Part shown: positions 26,871-40,464 of the stretch, in pieces | Numbering within the stretch: position 1 is the stretch's first letter | How the letters are laid out: every line of letters starts with the position of its first letter | Assembly: GCA_013265495.1 (NCBI GenBank) | Contig: MU061579.1 | Location: 5,702,963-5,766,962 of the forward strand | Length of the DNA: 64,000 nt | Reading direction: 5' to 3' | Source: Vicugna vicugna | Taxonomy: Eukaryota | Made by a program: the position numbers and the translations under genes | The notes under the pieces: generated by a model | Databases searched by the model: none | The model's input: the letters and a program-made list of their open reading frames with translations, nothing else | What the model was told of the DNA's origin: nothing

Positions 26871-28344
26871 ATCCAGGTGTTTTCACCATTGGAACAAAAT
26901 TATGATTGTGTTGGTGGGTGCTACTGGTCTTCAGTTTTATCTGAATCTCCAACCACTGCCATTATTCTTTGGTAACTTAATAGTCCAGGGCCCACGGCAC
27001 CATTTCCTGCCTCAGTTCCAGCAGATGACTTCTCCATAAGGATACTTTAGTAAAATCTCTGCAGCCGGTGCTTCATATTCTGCTTTAGTTCTTGGATTAG
27101 GATCATTTAATCAAGTACACAAACAGAATTTTGAACCTGACCCAGTCTCATGTATGCCCTCTACATTACTCTTCTGCAAGATATCAGTGTTCCATATTCC
27201 AGAAAATATTCAAATATCTGAAACATATTATGTTTTTTCATGCTTTTTCACATGTGATTTTTTTCTTCCAGAAACTTCTCTTTGCATCTCATTTACATAA
27301 TTCTATCTGCATCGTTTACTTGATTAGTTTCCAGTCATAATACAGCTATTTCCACTGTTCGATGGGTGTCTCCTAAACACTTATAACTTAGAAATTAACC
27401 TAGAATACTACCTAACAGCTAATGACATTTCAACCCTTTTTTATTTAATACTATAAAAATGTTAAATAAATTATATACTCCACCATGCTCAAGCAGAGTC
27501 CTCTAAATCATTTCCACTTCCATGAAACTTCATATTGCAGGCTGTACATCTCAATAAGAAAAATCTTCAGTTATATTTATATATTTAAAAAGAAGAAAGT
27601 GATATGTATAGCTTGAGAGGATGAATAAAATAATCTATGATCTAGAGAAAGCAAAAGTTTACTTAAAAAGTAAAATGTATATCTAAGAATAATGGGAAAT
27701 AATGTTAAGATGAGTTTTGAGTAGAGAGTCTTCACAGTAAGCTATGAAAATTTGAAGCAGAAGACAGTAAGATTCAATCTAGAGCATGGGAGAGTTTTCA
27801 TAGTATTTATATTGATCAGAGGGAAAAATTTATTGAATAAAAGTAGGTAAATATATTAGTTTATATACTATATATAACAAATAGTTCTAAATGTTTTTAA
27901 AACTATAACTACTGTGAGTTCTTTTTTCAAGCAAAGACAGAGGAACAAAAGAATCTATAAAAGAAAAACTACTGGCTAGGAATATGATAATGAGGAAGTG
28001 GCACTGAGATATTTGGGGGCAGAAATAGAATAACTTAGCAATAAGTAATATTTTGAAATGCAACTGGACTTCAAGTTCTTGCATTAGATACATCAAAAAA
28101 GTTTGGTATAAATCTATATGTCAAGGAACCTGACTTTAATATTTGGCTTCAGGAAGAATATAGGTAGATTTCAGGAATCAATTTGTGTTTTGTTTTTATT
28201 TTGCTTTGCCTTTTTTTTCTAAACAAGTCTTTATGATAATTCTGATGCACAGACAAATTTGACAGACATTACAAAATTTAGCTTTGTAGTGTTTAAAGGG
28301 ACCAGAGGGAGCTAGAGGAAGAGAGATTTTAAACAGTAATAAGA

Positions 28345-28560
28345 AGTTACCAATTATATGAGCACTTATTTTTTCAGTACACTGCTTCAAAATCTTTATA
28401 TATAGTATCCCATTTATTTATAACAATACAATGTAGTATGAGTCTATTATAACCATTTTATTTATATATAAAAATAGAGAGTCAAAAAGACGAAGTAACT
28501 TGTCCTGAGTGGTAAGGTTGAATCAGCACTCAAATCTAGACATTAATACCAGAGCATCAC
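28345..28560 (-). mobile_element. MIR SINE (degraded)
   Basis: ccattttat...gaagtaacttgtcctgag...actcaaatctagac. Confidence 0.5.
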
Positions 28561-29089
28561 TCACTGTAGATGTGTAACAATGTTTTGCTAGTGACCTCAG
28601 ATAACCAGCCCAAAACGATGTTTTAGAAAGGGGTAACACAAGACAGACATGGAGGAAGGCTGTACACTCTTTCAAAGAATGTATATTTCTAATGTGATTG
28701 CATGCATGATAAAAATTCATAACCACTCAAAGTTTGCTAAAACACTGGGATAATGTAGTTTCTCTATTGAGATGAAGAAATACATGTAAAAATATCCACA
28801 AGTATTCACCCCACCAATGCCATCACACTATATTGATGGCCTACCACCTGGGTAAAGGAGCAAAAAACCAAAAATGACACAAATAAAATATCTAAATATG
28901 AGTTCACATTTAAAATGGATTTTATCCATCTGTTCGGTTTGTAGTCATAGTCAACAGCTTCAGAACAAATGCCCTTCAGCACTCATTTTTGATATAGGAT
29001 TTAAATAACAGATTTAACAGTTGAGATTACTGTAGATCAGAGTAAAGCAAATAAACTTTACAATCTCAGATTTTACAAATATATGTATC

Positions 29090-29142
29090 TTTCTCTCCCT
29101 CTCTCTCCCTCTCTCCCCTTCCCTCTCTCTCTCTCTCTCTCT
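29090..29142. repeat. (CT)n-rich microsatellite
   Basis: Directly visible. Confidence 0.9.
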
Positions 29143-29486
29143 AGGGTGTGATGAGCACTGAAATCTAGAGACAGAAAATATGATAAAAGTTTACAGGATC
29201 CAATGGGGACCCACACATGGAAGCATTCATTTTGGAATCCCTGTGGCTATCCTCTGGCTCTCAAAGATGCATTTGAAGCTTTAAGAGATTATGATTAAAT
29301 AGGATTTTACCAAGAGAAATCTCAGCTCTTAGCTTCAAAAGTCATCATGAAAATATTCTCCTAGCTGCCAAATTCACTTGGCACTACTGAACAATGCTTT
29401 CACTTTCAAAATTTCAATTTCACTGTTAAGAAAAACAGATAGCACAAATGTTCTGCATTAGAATAAAGGAAAAGATTGCCTAAAAC

Positions 29487-29890
29487 AGTCTTTCTCAAAC
29501 TGTATGCCAAAGAACATGGTTGCACAGGCTTTTAATGCCAGAAAATGGATTTTTTAGTCAAATACGTTTAAGAAATTCTGGGTAAACAAAGTAAATAAAT
29601 CGTTTTTCTGTATTACTTAGCAGAACCATATGAAAAGCTTTTGTTAATATCTTAATGAGGAGGGTGTAAAATATGCACTTTTCTAAACATTTTTTTCACA
29701 GAATTCTTATTATTCTGCAATATCTAAAAAGGGCATTTCCTCAGAAGCCACATTTTGTGTGTGTGAGGTTTATTTATTTTTAGAGGAAGTACTGGGGATT
29801 GAACTCAAGACCTCAATACATGCTAAGCATGTGCTCTACGACCTGAGCTATACCCTCCCCCTCAAAAAGAAGCCACACTTTAAATGTCAG
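29487..29890. mobile_element. hAT-Charlie MITE (MER112/113-like), carrying a SINE insertion
   Basis: Starts cagtctttctcaaactgt; agtcaaatacgtttaagaaattctgggtaaacaaag resembles recalled Charlie MITE consensus. Confidence 0.5.
29757..29867 (-). mobile_element. tRNA-Ala(AGC)-derived SINE (camelid-type)
   Basis: Reverse complement gives gggtatagctcag (A box) ...cttagcatg... gagttcaatccccagtac (B box); TSD agaagccaca at 29743-29752 and 29868-29877, extending with one mismatch to TTT/AA. Confidence 0.92.
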
Positions 29891-31199
29891 ATTGTCTTAT
29901 AGGGATGCACTGGGGACTATTTCTCATTATTTCATTGATACACAATTATCAGAATACTTTATTGCATTTGATTTCAAAATTTATACATAAAGCTGTTACA
30001 GGGATTTTCCCCCAAATTGTGAACAGAAGATGATAACTATTCTAACAAATACATATCAATAATAATTAGTAAATATGTAGTAGACTTTGAATGTTCCTAT
30101 CTGTCCTTTTGCCCCATAGTGCTTTTATCCACACTTTTGAAGGAAACTGCTTATTCCTTACTGAAATTTTGTGTAACTATTGAAGACATTAAGGGCAGTT
30201 CTTCTTTAAGTACCGTTGTGTGAATATACAACCTACTGATGCCTTATCATAGTACCACGTCAGTCATTCACATTGATAGTTGCACATATATTGGGCAATC
30301 AAGGGATAAACAAGAGAATGTTAGTTGCTTTGCCCAGCATAGTATTTTCATCCCATCTTTGTTGGGAGGATTACTTCGCTGCATCAGGATCCTGTGATAC
30401 ATTAGGGTTAACCCAGCCCACCTGATTATATCACTCAACCACCTAGAGTCTAAGACCTGAAAATGTAACAAAAGCAAGGTTAGGTTGAGAGAGAGCCATA
30501 TAGCATAAGATAGTTAATTGAGCACTTTCCTGTCAGGGTCAAGAGCTGGTTTATAATCTGGTAATATTTTCCAACTCTGTAGTAAGAACACACATGTGAT
30601 AGGCATTTCATTGTGTCCTTGATGACAATAAAAATATGTATCTTCTTTGTTATTCCATAACAAATATTTCTAGTAGCTCTTTGTATTTTTCATTCCAAAC
30701 ATATTTATCATGATAGTGTCACAAACTTTTCAATAAAAATGTGACTTGTAATTCCTTTCCATATCACAGTTGAATGATGAAACCGTGAAACAATTTCTGG
30801 TGAAACAATTTATAGCAAAATTAATCAATTTTGTATTAGAATGCAATACTTTATGTGTAATCTGGAAAAAGTCATTTGAATTCCTAAAGAGGGCACTTTA
30901 TGCTTTTTCAAAAAATGTCTCAATATTTTGATGGCTATTAGAGAAAATTTCATAACACAAGAGATGATGGTTGAATGAGTTACATTTCTTAAAAATATTA
31001 ATTTTCATCTTGCTGACTTTGTTTATATCCTTTCCATTTTTAATTGCCAATAAGATTTCTTATCATTAGCATATCCAAATTCATATTTTAGTTACATTCT
31101 GTTCAAGAATGGTTCACTTACTCTTTTGCATTCATTGAACAATTTTAAGCCCAAAACTCATTTGATTTGCTTCTCCATTTTATTCAGTCTTTTCCTCAA

Positions 31200-31318
31200 A
31201 TATTACTTTTACATAAAGATCTTCCAATGATCACATTATTTAAAATAATCATCCCCTATCACTCATCTTTTTACTTTGCTTTACATTTCCCTTTAGTAAA
31301 TGCTATGTAAAATGATGT

Positions 31319-31353
<35 letters not shown>

Positions 31354-31460
31354 TAACTATTTATTGTGCTTCTTCCCACTATAAGGTTCATGAATTTGGA
31401 AACTTTGGCTTGTTCACCATTGAATATCCACCTTTGGGCACACAGTAAGTTCTCCATTAA
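31200..31460 (+). mobile_element. L2 3' fragment with internal (TA)n at about 31320-31351
   Basis: cttcccactataaggttcatgaa...ttgttcaccattgaatatcca...ggcacacagtaag. Confidence 0.55.
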
Positions 31461-34034
31461 TTTTCTTTTTTTAATGTCTAAATTATAGTATTCATAACTG
31501 CTAAATGAAGAAATGTATTTTTACTTTTAATTAAACAAATGAATGATTTAAATATTTTGTGAATTGAGAAGCTAGAGCAACATAATAGTGTAAATGAAAA
31601 ATAGAATTTTTAAAAGTGTGAACTATAGAATAGAAGTGCTATGAAAATATGTTGGTTAAGATGAACTGTATCTTTTTGATGAAATGTCAACTGATACATT
31701 CATGTTTTTGAGCATATGTTCCACCTTTAAAAGCGCAATTATCCTTAAGAGAAGTTTTACATATCAGGTTTGTGAAACAATTGCTTTTCCTGCCATTCCT
31801 CTTAAACTAAGCTGCCTGTGAGCCACTTCAGAGACCAGTAGACACCACCTAATTTTCATGGCCCACATTTTGAAAACTGTTTCCTCAACACCAAAAAAGT
31901 GGTGCTTTCTCATCTTTGCCTTCTCAGTATGTATAATAGTTTTCAAAACAGATCAAATGTGCTTTAATGTTTCTTTTCAATAAATCAATAAAATAATAAA
32001 TGAAAAAATAAAATAATAAATGAAAATATAAAATAAGTGAGGAAAACAGATTGATTTTAGAATAGATTCCTTTTTGTTAACTCTGACAACAGAGTCACCA
32101 TCTGCACATAACTGATTTTTTTCCTATATCACCACCTGGTTCTCAGCAGTGCAGCGTAGCCTAGGCCGAAGTATCATGGTAGATTCTCCATTTTCTATGA
32201 ATATTTCTATTGTTATAAAATAATCTCAAGGTCTAAATTGGTATTAAACTCTATGTTCCATCATCTTCAATAACATATACTGTAAGTATTTTAATGATAA
32301 TCATTTCTCTCATGTCAGTTTTCTGATTGACAAGTAACGGTGATACTCTTAGGCTACTGCAGTTTGGAGCAGATATCACACTGCTTTCAGAATATATTTT
32401 GGGGAGCGTCACTCCAAGAAGAAAAGACTGAGTTTCTTTACAAGTTTGCTGGGAATGTAGTTCTAGGTATAATATCTGAAGCTGACACTTTTTCATGGGT
32501 GAATTTGCTCTATGTAATGTAGAAGTTAGTATTTTCCTCTTTCTTTTTTTTTTAACCCTCTTCTTTTTTTTTATGGTTCTCCTAAACTCTTTCTTCTATC
32601 TTTCAATATACCAAGAAAAATTACGATATTATTTATTTACTTCTCTTAAGAAGTATATATAAATTTGATACTTTTCCTAGGAAAATTTTTATTATGGAAT
32701 ATACTTATAATGTAATAAGTAGACAAAGTCTAACCATGTGAAACTATTTTTTTAAGCATACAACCTACATTGGGGACCATTTTTTCCTACTAGCTATGCC
32801 TGAACCAGGCTTCAGTAGAAAAAAAATCATCCCTTTTGTTTCCATTAAGAAAAATAGAAAAAAGAGGGAAATAATATATTGTACTATAAAATTACAGTTT
32901 GAAAAGGATGCTGATAACATACCCTGTAATTTCACATTAATTCAGTTTAGTATAACAGTATGCACTGATATGTCTCATTTTGTTCAATAAATAGAGAAAT
33001 TTCCTCTCCATCATTTGTAAGTATACCCAGTTTTACTTTTATTTAGAATAAATCTAATGCCTTATTCATTCTTTAATTGTTTTTAATTGTCTATAGATTT
33101 ATGCCACCTTCTATCTTATTCATTTATTTCCATTGTTAAATTTTATCTAGACTGAAAAGTGCCAGTCATGAAGCAATTGTCTTTAAACTGAGTTATCCCT
33201 TATAGTCTCTTAATTTATTCTTTCCTTCATAGCCAAGTAAACCTTCAGAAACTCAGCCATTCAATTTAATGAAGAAAGATTCATAAAGAACTTGGTAAGA
33301 GAAGTGAAAAGAGTTAAAGCCTGATGCACTCATTATTCAATCTCTCACTTATATATGAAAGACCTAAAAAAAAAAAAAACACACTTTCCACCAACAGAGT
33401 ATTACCTGCCAACAGATTGACTAGTTTAGCCTCATGATAAAGAAATAACAACTCACTTAACCAGGTCAGTGGGTGCTTTAGATTGAGAGGCTGAATATGG
33501 AAGAAAAGTGGGAGCATGGATTCACAGAGGTACTAAGACACTTGAGTTTTTTGGCAACTTCCAGTATAAAATTGGTTATAATCCAGAATCCTCAGAGGCC
33601 CCTGAGAAACGTCATGTTCTCCATGATAATCCCTCCCTGGTATATCCTCGTGGGTGTTTTCAGCTGAGTAGATACTCCCTCTGGTTGCAGTGATTTGCAA
33701 ATATTTTCATTTATTTATAACAAATAAGAAAGTGTTATCCCTGTTATACAGCAAACAATTAAGAATTTAATGATTATAATTAGCCATTTTAAATGAAGGT
33801 TTTGTAGCAAGGCTCTCCAAATTTTCATGCAGATATTCAGTATAGAAATAATTACAGTGAATTTGTCTAAGTAGGTAGAGAATTCATTAATTTAGTGTTC
33901 CTTCCATTATTTTAGACTCCCTAAGAAGTTCAGTCTTACAAACAATGGTAATTTATGCCTTTTTTATAGTAAGGGGATGAATGAGTGAACAATTTCTCCT
34001 CCACATAGTTTTCTGCAAGGACTTCAACTAAGGG

Positions 34035-34225
34035 AATCAGCATCTAGCTATGTGAATGACCTAAGATCTCCAGCCTAGGGGAGCCTTCAGATGATTGGAA
34101 TTTCATGGACAATTCTACTCAAGAACACCCAAACAAATCCTTGCTCCAATTTCTGAGCCCTTCTCCCCAAATTTGAGAAAAATACAGTGGTTATTTTAAG
34201 CTGCTAAGTTTTTGCAACAATAGTG
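34035..34225 (+). mobile_element. Old MLT1 LTR fragment
   Basis: gagccttcagatga... ggttattttaagctgctaagttttt gcaacaatag 3' motif. Confidence 0.55.
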
Positions 34226-34297
34226 TTCATTAGAAGAACACAAGGAGTTTATGTGAGCCATGTCTGCAAAAGGCACACTTAACTTCCATTAACACAT

Positions 34298-34660
34298 TGT
34301 CTTAGTCTGTTGAGGCAAGTGTAACAGAATAATATAAATGGTGGCTTATGAACAACAACATTTATTTCTCATAATTCTGGGAGAAGTAGAACATCTAAGG
34401 TCAAGGCACCTGTAGATTCAGCATCCAGTGAGGGCCCACTTCCTGTTTCATAGCCAGCTGTCTCTTTCTGTCATCACGTGGTGGAACAGCTGAGGGAACT
34501 CTCTCTAGGGTCTCTTTTATAAGGGCACTAATCCAATTCATGAGTGTTCAACATTCATAACCTAACTACCTCTCAAAGGCCCCACTTCCAAATATCATCA
34601 CACTGGGGATCAGGTTTCAGTATACGAATTTTGGAGGATACAAACATTCATTCTATAGCA
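34298..34660 (-). mobile_element. MLT1A-like solo LTR nested in an older MLT1 remnant (about 34265-34735)
   Basis: tgtcttagtc...atttatttctcataattctgg...cttttataagggcactaatcc...caaacattcattctatagca; flanks join as acttccattaacacat/cattagctagaactcag..., an older MLT1J/K-like motif. Confidence 0.88.
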
Positions 34661-37600
34661 AAAATCATTAGCTAGAACTCAGGAACATAGCTTAACACAT
34701 AACTTACAGGGAGATTGGAAAATGCAATCTATATGCTCAAGAATATTAAAGAGGAATATGATTTTGGCAAATATCTCCTGTTGGACATGTTGGGGATGAG
34801 AAAGGAGAAATAAGCAAGAGAGAGATTGTATAACTGCCCATTATTATTGGTTTCAATTCTTCTTCAATGCTCTGAGAAAAAGCATAAGACATAAAAGTGC
34901 TAGTAAAAATTTATGAAGTATTTGTCACAGCAAATTTTCATAAGCACCTCAAATATCTTTCTGTGGTCTAGTTTGAATGCCCCTGAACTTAACTTTTGGT
35001 AGAAGTTCCAGACTGCCACAACCAGTTTATTTACTTTATTTCCCGTTTCTTTACTTCTCTAATAATTTAATTTCCATTTGTCAATCTATTCAATAGTTTC
35101 CGGGCTACTTTTCTGATTCTCATATGGCACCACATATACAGCAATTACTCAATAAGTTGTTGCCAACTGAAGGTAGAAAGAGAAGAAAAGAAGCATAATA
35201 GTTATTGAGAACCCACAAAATGTCATGCACATTGTTGGTTACTTGGGTCAGTTATTTCTTTTAAACATAAAACAATTCTTCAAGAAATATATTATCAAAC
35301 CTTATTTCACAGATGAATATACTGATTCATTGAGTTTCACTGAGCATCTTTAACATTGTTATCTATTTCTGTATAAAAGAGTCATTATCTTTGAATTTTG
35401 CCAGCAATGTGAAGATTATCATCAAATACATAAATTTTAATTTTAATTATTTATATTATATGAACATTAGAAGAGTAGCCAACGAGATATTTCAGAATCA
35501 TTTCACATTCACCAAAATGAATATATCCCAAAAGCCTTTTTCATATTGCAACATTTTTCAAATACCCCACCAAATATAATGCCCCAAATCATAAATATTT
35601 AGGTTAAAATTTTAATTTTGACTCATAACAAAAACACTGAAATTAGAAACTGACTATAGAAGTATAGGAGAAAATAAAATATGTCTCCAGCCAATAAAAA
35701 TTAACTAGATTAAATCTATCTGACTTTTTAAATGCCATTCTTGTCAACTTGATTGTAAACTTTGCAATGTCAGTGTTTTCCTAGTCTCATTCTTTGTATC
35801 TCCAATGGTTAGCATGTTGACTGGTCTTTACTACCTGCTCAATGAGCAAATAGATCAAACTGTAAGGCTGGATCAGACATCTAATTCAGCTCCACCTTCC
35901 GGCACAGAGTAGATCTCACCTAATCAAATTAGTCTCTGGACTGTAAGACTCAGACTAGATATGTGTAAACTTCCCATATATATAAGTACCTATATACCCT
36001 AAAGATCTAGTTATTGGAGGAACTATGATTGAAATCCAATTATGTCTGACACCAAATTCCATTTCCTTTCTACTATATTTTTCTGCCACAATGTAATATT
36101 TGAAATTTTAATATATATATATATGAATTATATATTTTTATTCAATGGATTCTATTCAGAATTATTTTGTGTATTTTTATTTCATATGTTAAATAAGGGA
36201 GGATTGTGTCCCCAGGTACCAATGCTATAATTTAATAAATTGATTTTTAAGTTATGTTATATATATAATTGCTAATGAAAAGATTGCCTTCTCAATGTCA
36301 TATATATCCTAAATAAAATGTCAGCTAACACATTTTATTGATTCTAGAGGAAAACAAAGCAAAAAAAAAATCCACTTTAAATAGATGACCTTCTGTGAAG
36401 CTTAAGTAACTACTATTGGAATGAGTGGAAACACGTTATTTTATAGAGATCTCACTAGCTGACAATCTTGGGAAAATGGCAGATTCAGTTCATCCCTCTG
36501 GCTATCCTCTCTCAATTTCTATCAAAATATTAACTATTTCTCTTGAAACAGCCAGACCACACATGGGGCTTGAAGGTTGTGAGTGAGGTCTAGGACCCAG
36601 AGAGCAGAATGTTTCCCTTTCTGAGAGCTTGTGACCCAGCATTAGAAAGTACCAAACAGCATAGATTCTGGGGAGACCTTGGCCTTGTGGGTAACCACGA
36701 ATAATCCAGGACAACGTGATCAGTAAGGAACAATGCCAATTTTCCTAAAATGAAAGTCCCCCAAATCAAAGACTCTCCAGTACAGATTGCTCTTCAACAA
36801 TCCATCTTTCTTTTAGATACACAGAGTTAACAAGTAAATCATGTCACTTAAAGAGGTCTGTTCCTGATTTTTGAGAATTTTCAGAAAAAGGGATACATAC
36901 AGATCATTTTGTGAGCAAGGACACAAGTCCTCAGAATCTATCATAAATTTTAGTGAAGTAAACAGTAGAAATAAGAGAAAGTTTTAGAGAAACATCAGGA
37001 ATCAGTAGTCGATTGATGTCATGGGGATGATCTGCTTTCAATATTTTGTGGGATAACCAATAATAATCCCTTTCTCTATTCATGAACTTAAAAAAAATGT
37101 TTAGTATCTAACCAAAGCCATATTTAGCTGCTCTAGAAAAAGTCACATTAGATGTATTGTTCAGAACTTTGAACAGAGTTAAATCCTTGAGAAGTCTGTG
37201 AATTTTAATTTTTCATGACCCGTGGATAATAGAGACTTGATTTAAATTGACCCATAGAAAATATTTATACTAATGATTCTAAAATGGATTGGTTTTGAGG
37301 GCAAAATTACATCTTGTAGTTTATCTTGTTTTGCATATACATGCCTCCTTACTTGGAGAAAAAGCTGAGACTCATCATATTTAAGTCATTAAAAAAAACC
37401 TTAGCTACTAAAGGGGAAATATAGAGGCTGTCTTTTTTTAAATTAAGTTAAACTCTATCCCTTCGATCTGCACACTTTATTGCCACTTTTACTTTATAAG
37501 TTCTATTTATACAGAGTCCTCTGGGTATTAAACTGCTTTTTCGGCAAGTCTAGTTGCTTCTTACAAAACCTTTTTCTCTTGGTTCATTGACAGCTCATCA

Positions 37601-38430
37601 ACCAACGAATCTCAGTAGTGACAAACTCTAATGATAGAAACACATATCTTGATCTCTCTCAGAATCTCAATATATTTCTGATTCAATACTGACTTTACCA
37701 TTATTAGCTCATCCCCTCTCTTACTGCCTCCTTTCATCCATCAAGGATAAACTACATGTCAGGCCTACTGTTTGAACCAAGAGAAGAAAAAGGAATAAAA
37801 TAACTTTAGTTCACTGTAACCCTATCATTTAATTTAGCTTACTATAAATAATTATATCTAGTAAGAAACTATACTTTTTCAATTTGCTAATAAATTTCTG
37901 AAAATTGAAATTATTTCTCATTTGGTAGCAACCAAACATGTGTTCACTTTTTCTCTGGTATGTTTCAAGCTACCAAGTTTCTTAGCAATCTTTATAATAA
38001 AATGTCATATTACAAATGTCACCTAGTGCTGATATCCAACGAGCATATCAAACTAAGCTTGTATTCTGAAGTGATGTAATGCTTCAGTTGACTGGATAGT
38101 GCACACAGTGTATGCATCATGAGTCATGTCTGTTAAGGAAAGTTTGATTTTCATTACAAAATTATTCCTTTATTTATCATCTGCTTATACCTAGCAATCC
38201 AGAACAACAATTTCAATAGTCTAAATGAATTCGGCGCTGAATTTAGGCTCTAGGAGCATGTACCATTTTCATTAACTTAAAATGATAAAACAAAGTTATA
38301 AAACATTAGATGGATCATGGCAAAATTATTTTGTATTAGTATATATGTATGACTTACATTTATATATATCCTACATTCATATATATAATATATGCATATA
38401 TAAAGGAGATATATATGAAATATAAAGGAG

Positions 38431-38437
<7 letters not shown>

Positions 38438-38464
<27 letters not shown>

Positions 38465-38466
38465 AT
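38438..38466. repeat. (TG)n microsatellite preceded by a duplicated tataaaggagatatatatg
   Basis: Directly visible. Confidence 0.95.
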
Positions 38467-38499
38467 GCTAAAAGTATCTAGTTAAATGGCAAGCTACAT

Positions 38500-38775
38500 C
38501 ATATTGGAGGTCCCTGAAAGACAGAGAATTATGGGGAAATAGACCAGGGAAGAGCTCTGGGCAGCAGATCTGGTCAGTCATTTTGTGGACAGGGAGAAGC
38601 AGTCTGACGTAAAGATGTAACTGGACTCCTGGATGGTAGTGAATGGATTGACTTTTGTCACGTTTGGAAGGAAAAAGGTGCTAGGCAAAAGGAATATTGA
38701 TGGAACTGTGGAAGTGAACACTAAATGTGAGGATTGATGCATCCCACGTTAATGCTCACCAGGGAGCACCCCCTA
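38500..38775 (+). mobile_element. ERVL internal pol fragment (RNase H region), decayed
   Basis: DSWMVVNGL at 38624 (cf. ERVL DSWAVANGL) and ASHVNAHQ at 38739 (cf. VSHVSAHQ). Confidence 0.75.
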
Positions 38776-38921
38776 CTATGATTTCACCCCTATTTTGTTC
38801 AATTGTAAAAAAATAAAAAATTGTCATGAAGAAATTTCATGAACATATTTCTTTAAAACTTATTTTGAACTTATTATTTTTGAGAAAGCATTTTGATAAA
38901 ACTTTTACCTAAAAAGTAAGC

Positions 38922-39848
38922 TGTCCTAGATCAGGTTGTATATAAGTCTGAGTTCTCCAGAAAAATAAAGACAACAGGAGATTAGGTAGGTAGGTAGGTA
39001 GGTAGGTAGATAGATAGATACATAGATACATAGATACATAGATATATAGATCATAGATAATAGATAGATAGAGATTTATGAAAAGAAATTGGCTCACATG
39101 ATTACAGAGACTGATAATTTCCATGATCTGCCAAGCCAAGACCCAGGGAAGTTGGTGATATAATTCAGTCCAAGTCCAAAGACCTGAGAACTAGGGGAGC
39201 CAGAGATATAAATCCCAGTTTAATGGCTGGGGAAGACCAATGTCCCAGCTCAAGTAGGCAAGCAGGAAGAAAAAGTGACAAATTCCTCTTTCCTCTGCCT
39301 TTGGTTCTATTCAGGCCCTCAACAGAGTGGCTGATGCCCACCCCCATTGGGGAAGGCAATTTATTTATTGAGTCCACCAATTCAAGTACTAATCTTGTCC
39401 AGAAACACCTTCACAGACATACCCAGAAATAATGTTTAACCTGGACACCACATGGTGCATTCAAGTAGACTCATATTAGTAAAACATCACGGGCTGCTAT
39501 AACAAAATGTCATAGACTTGGTGACAGAAACAGCAGACATTTATTTCTCACAGTTACGGAGTTAGAAAGTCCAAGATCAAAGTACTGGCATGGTTGGTTC
39601 ATGGTTAGTGCCTGATTCCTGGCTTGTGGACAACCACCTTCTCACTATGTGCTCAGATGGCCGTTCCTCAGTGCATGCCCTTGGAGGGAGAGGATGTGCT
39701 TGTGTCTCTCTGTCTTCTTCTAAGGACACTTACCCTCATCTAAACCTAATTCATTCTCAAAGGACTCACCTCCAAATATCACCACGCTGGGAGTTAACAC
39801 TTCACCATACAAATTTTGAGAAGGGACACAGACATTCAGTCCATTACA
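38922..39848 (-). mobile_element. MLT1A-like LTR split by an MLT2 insertion
   Basis: tgtcctagatcaggt | gggctgctataacaaaat...catttatttctcacagtt...cattcagtccattaca. Confidence 0.75.
38937..39490 (-). mobile_element. MLT2 (ERVL) solo LTR with internal (GGTA)n(GATA)n at about 38982-39072
   Basis: gttctccagaaaaa...ggaga; aattggctcacatgattacagag; ttcaggccctcaacagagtggctgatgcccaccccc; ccagaaacaccttcacagacatacccagaaataatgttt. Confidence 0.9.
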
Positions 39849-40464
39849 CAACGTAATGTAAGCCAGCTGTTTGTGTTTGAGAGAAGTCTGTAGAAGCCCT
39901 GCTAGAGATCTCTGCTAATGCTCCAAGCTCCTGATCCTCCAGGAAAAATCTAGCACAAAATCTCAGGCAGCCTGACATGAATAAACATTGAGCATCAGTC
40001 ATCCTGTGACTGTCATAGATTGTGCCGAACTGGGTTTTCTGTGTACTGAGATGCACACACTGTAAGGAAACTCCAACTTCTTTATGCAGACCATAACAAA
40101 ATGTTTTTTCTAGTAGAGGTCATTGACCTGCCAGCAGGAGAGTCAGAGCATCTGAATTAGTCATAGACTGACTGACCATTTCTGATACAACAGTGTCCTT
40201 ACCGTCCTTCTCACCCTCATTAACTCACTGCTTGCTTAACTTGTAGGAGGAAATAAATGTAAATGTTTCATAACCAAGTGTGAGTGTTAGTAATTTCTAT
40301 CAATGTTGTCCACCCTTGGACATCTTGAACTTTTTTTTTTTTACCTTTAACCATCAGCTAATCCCCACAATATAGCAACTGCAAAAGAACCAACAAACAC
40401 ACAGGTAGAAAACATAGCTAATTCATAGATATGAACTAGTCTCTGATATTGATAACTCATATGA

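Noticed and set aside
29790..29862. tRNA-Ala gene (also 26000-26072)
   Set aside because: Mutated stems, simple-repeat tails and TSDs show these are retroposed SINE copies
32231..32352. Extra upstream exon plus 71-nt intron (ACT|gtaagt...cttag)
   Set aside because: The only nearby acceptor gives an in-frame TAA at the second codon
32350..32430. Ankyrin-like LLQFGADIT peptide
   Set aside because: The frame is short, bounded by stops, and has no flanking ankyrin residues; likely chance
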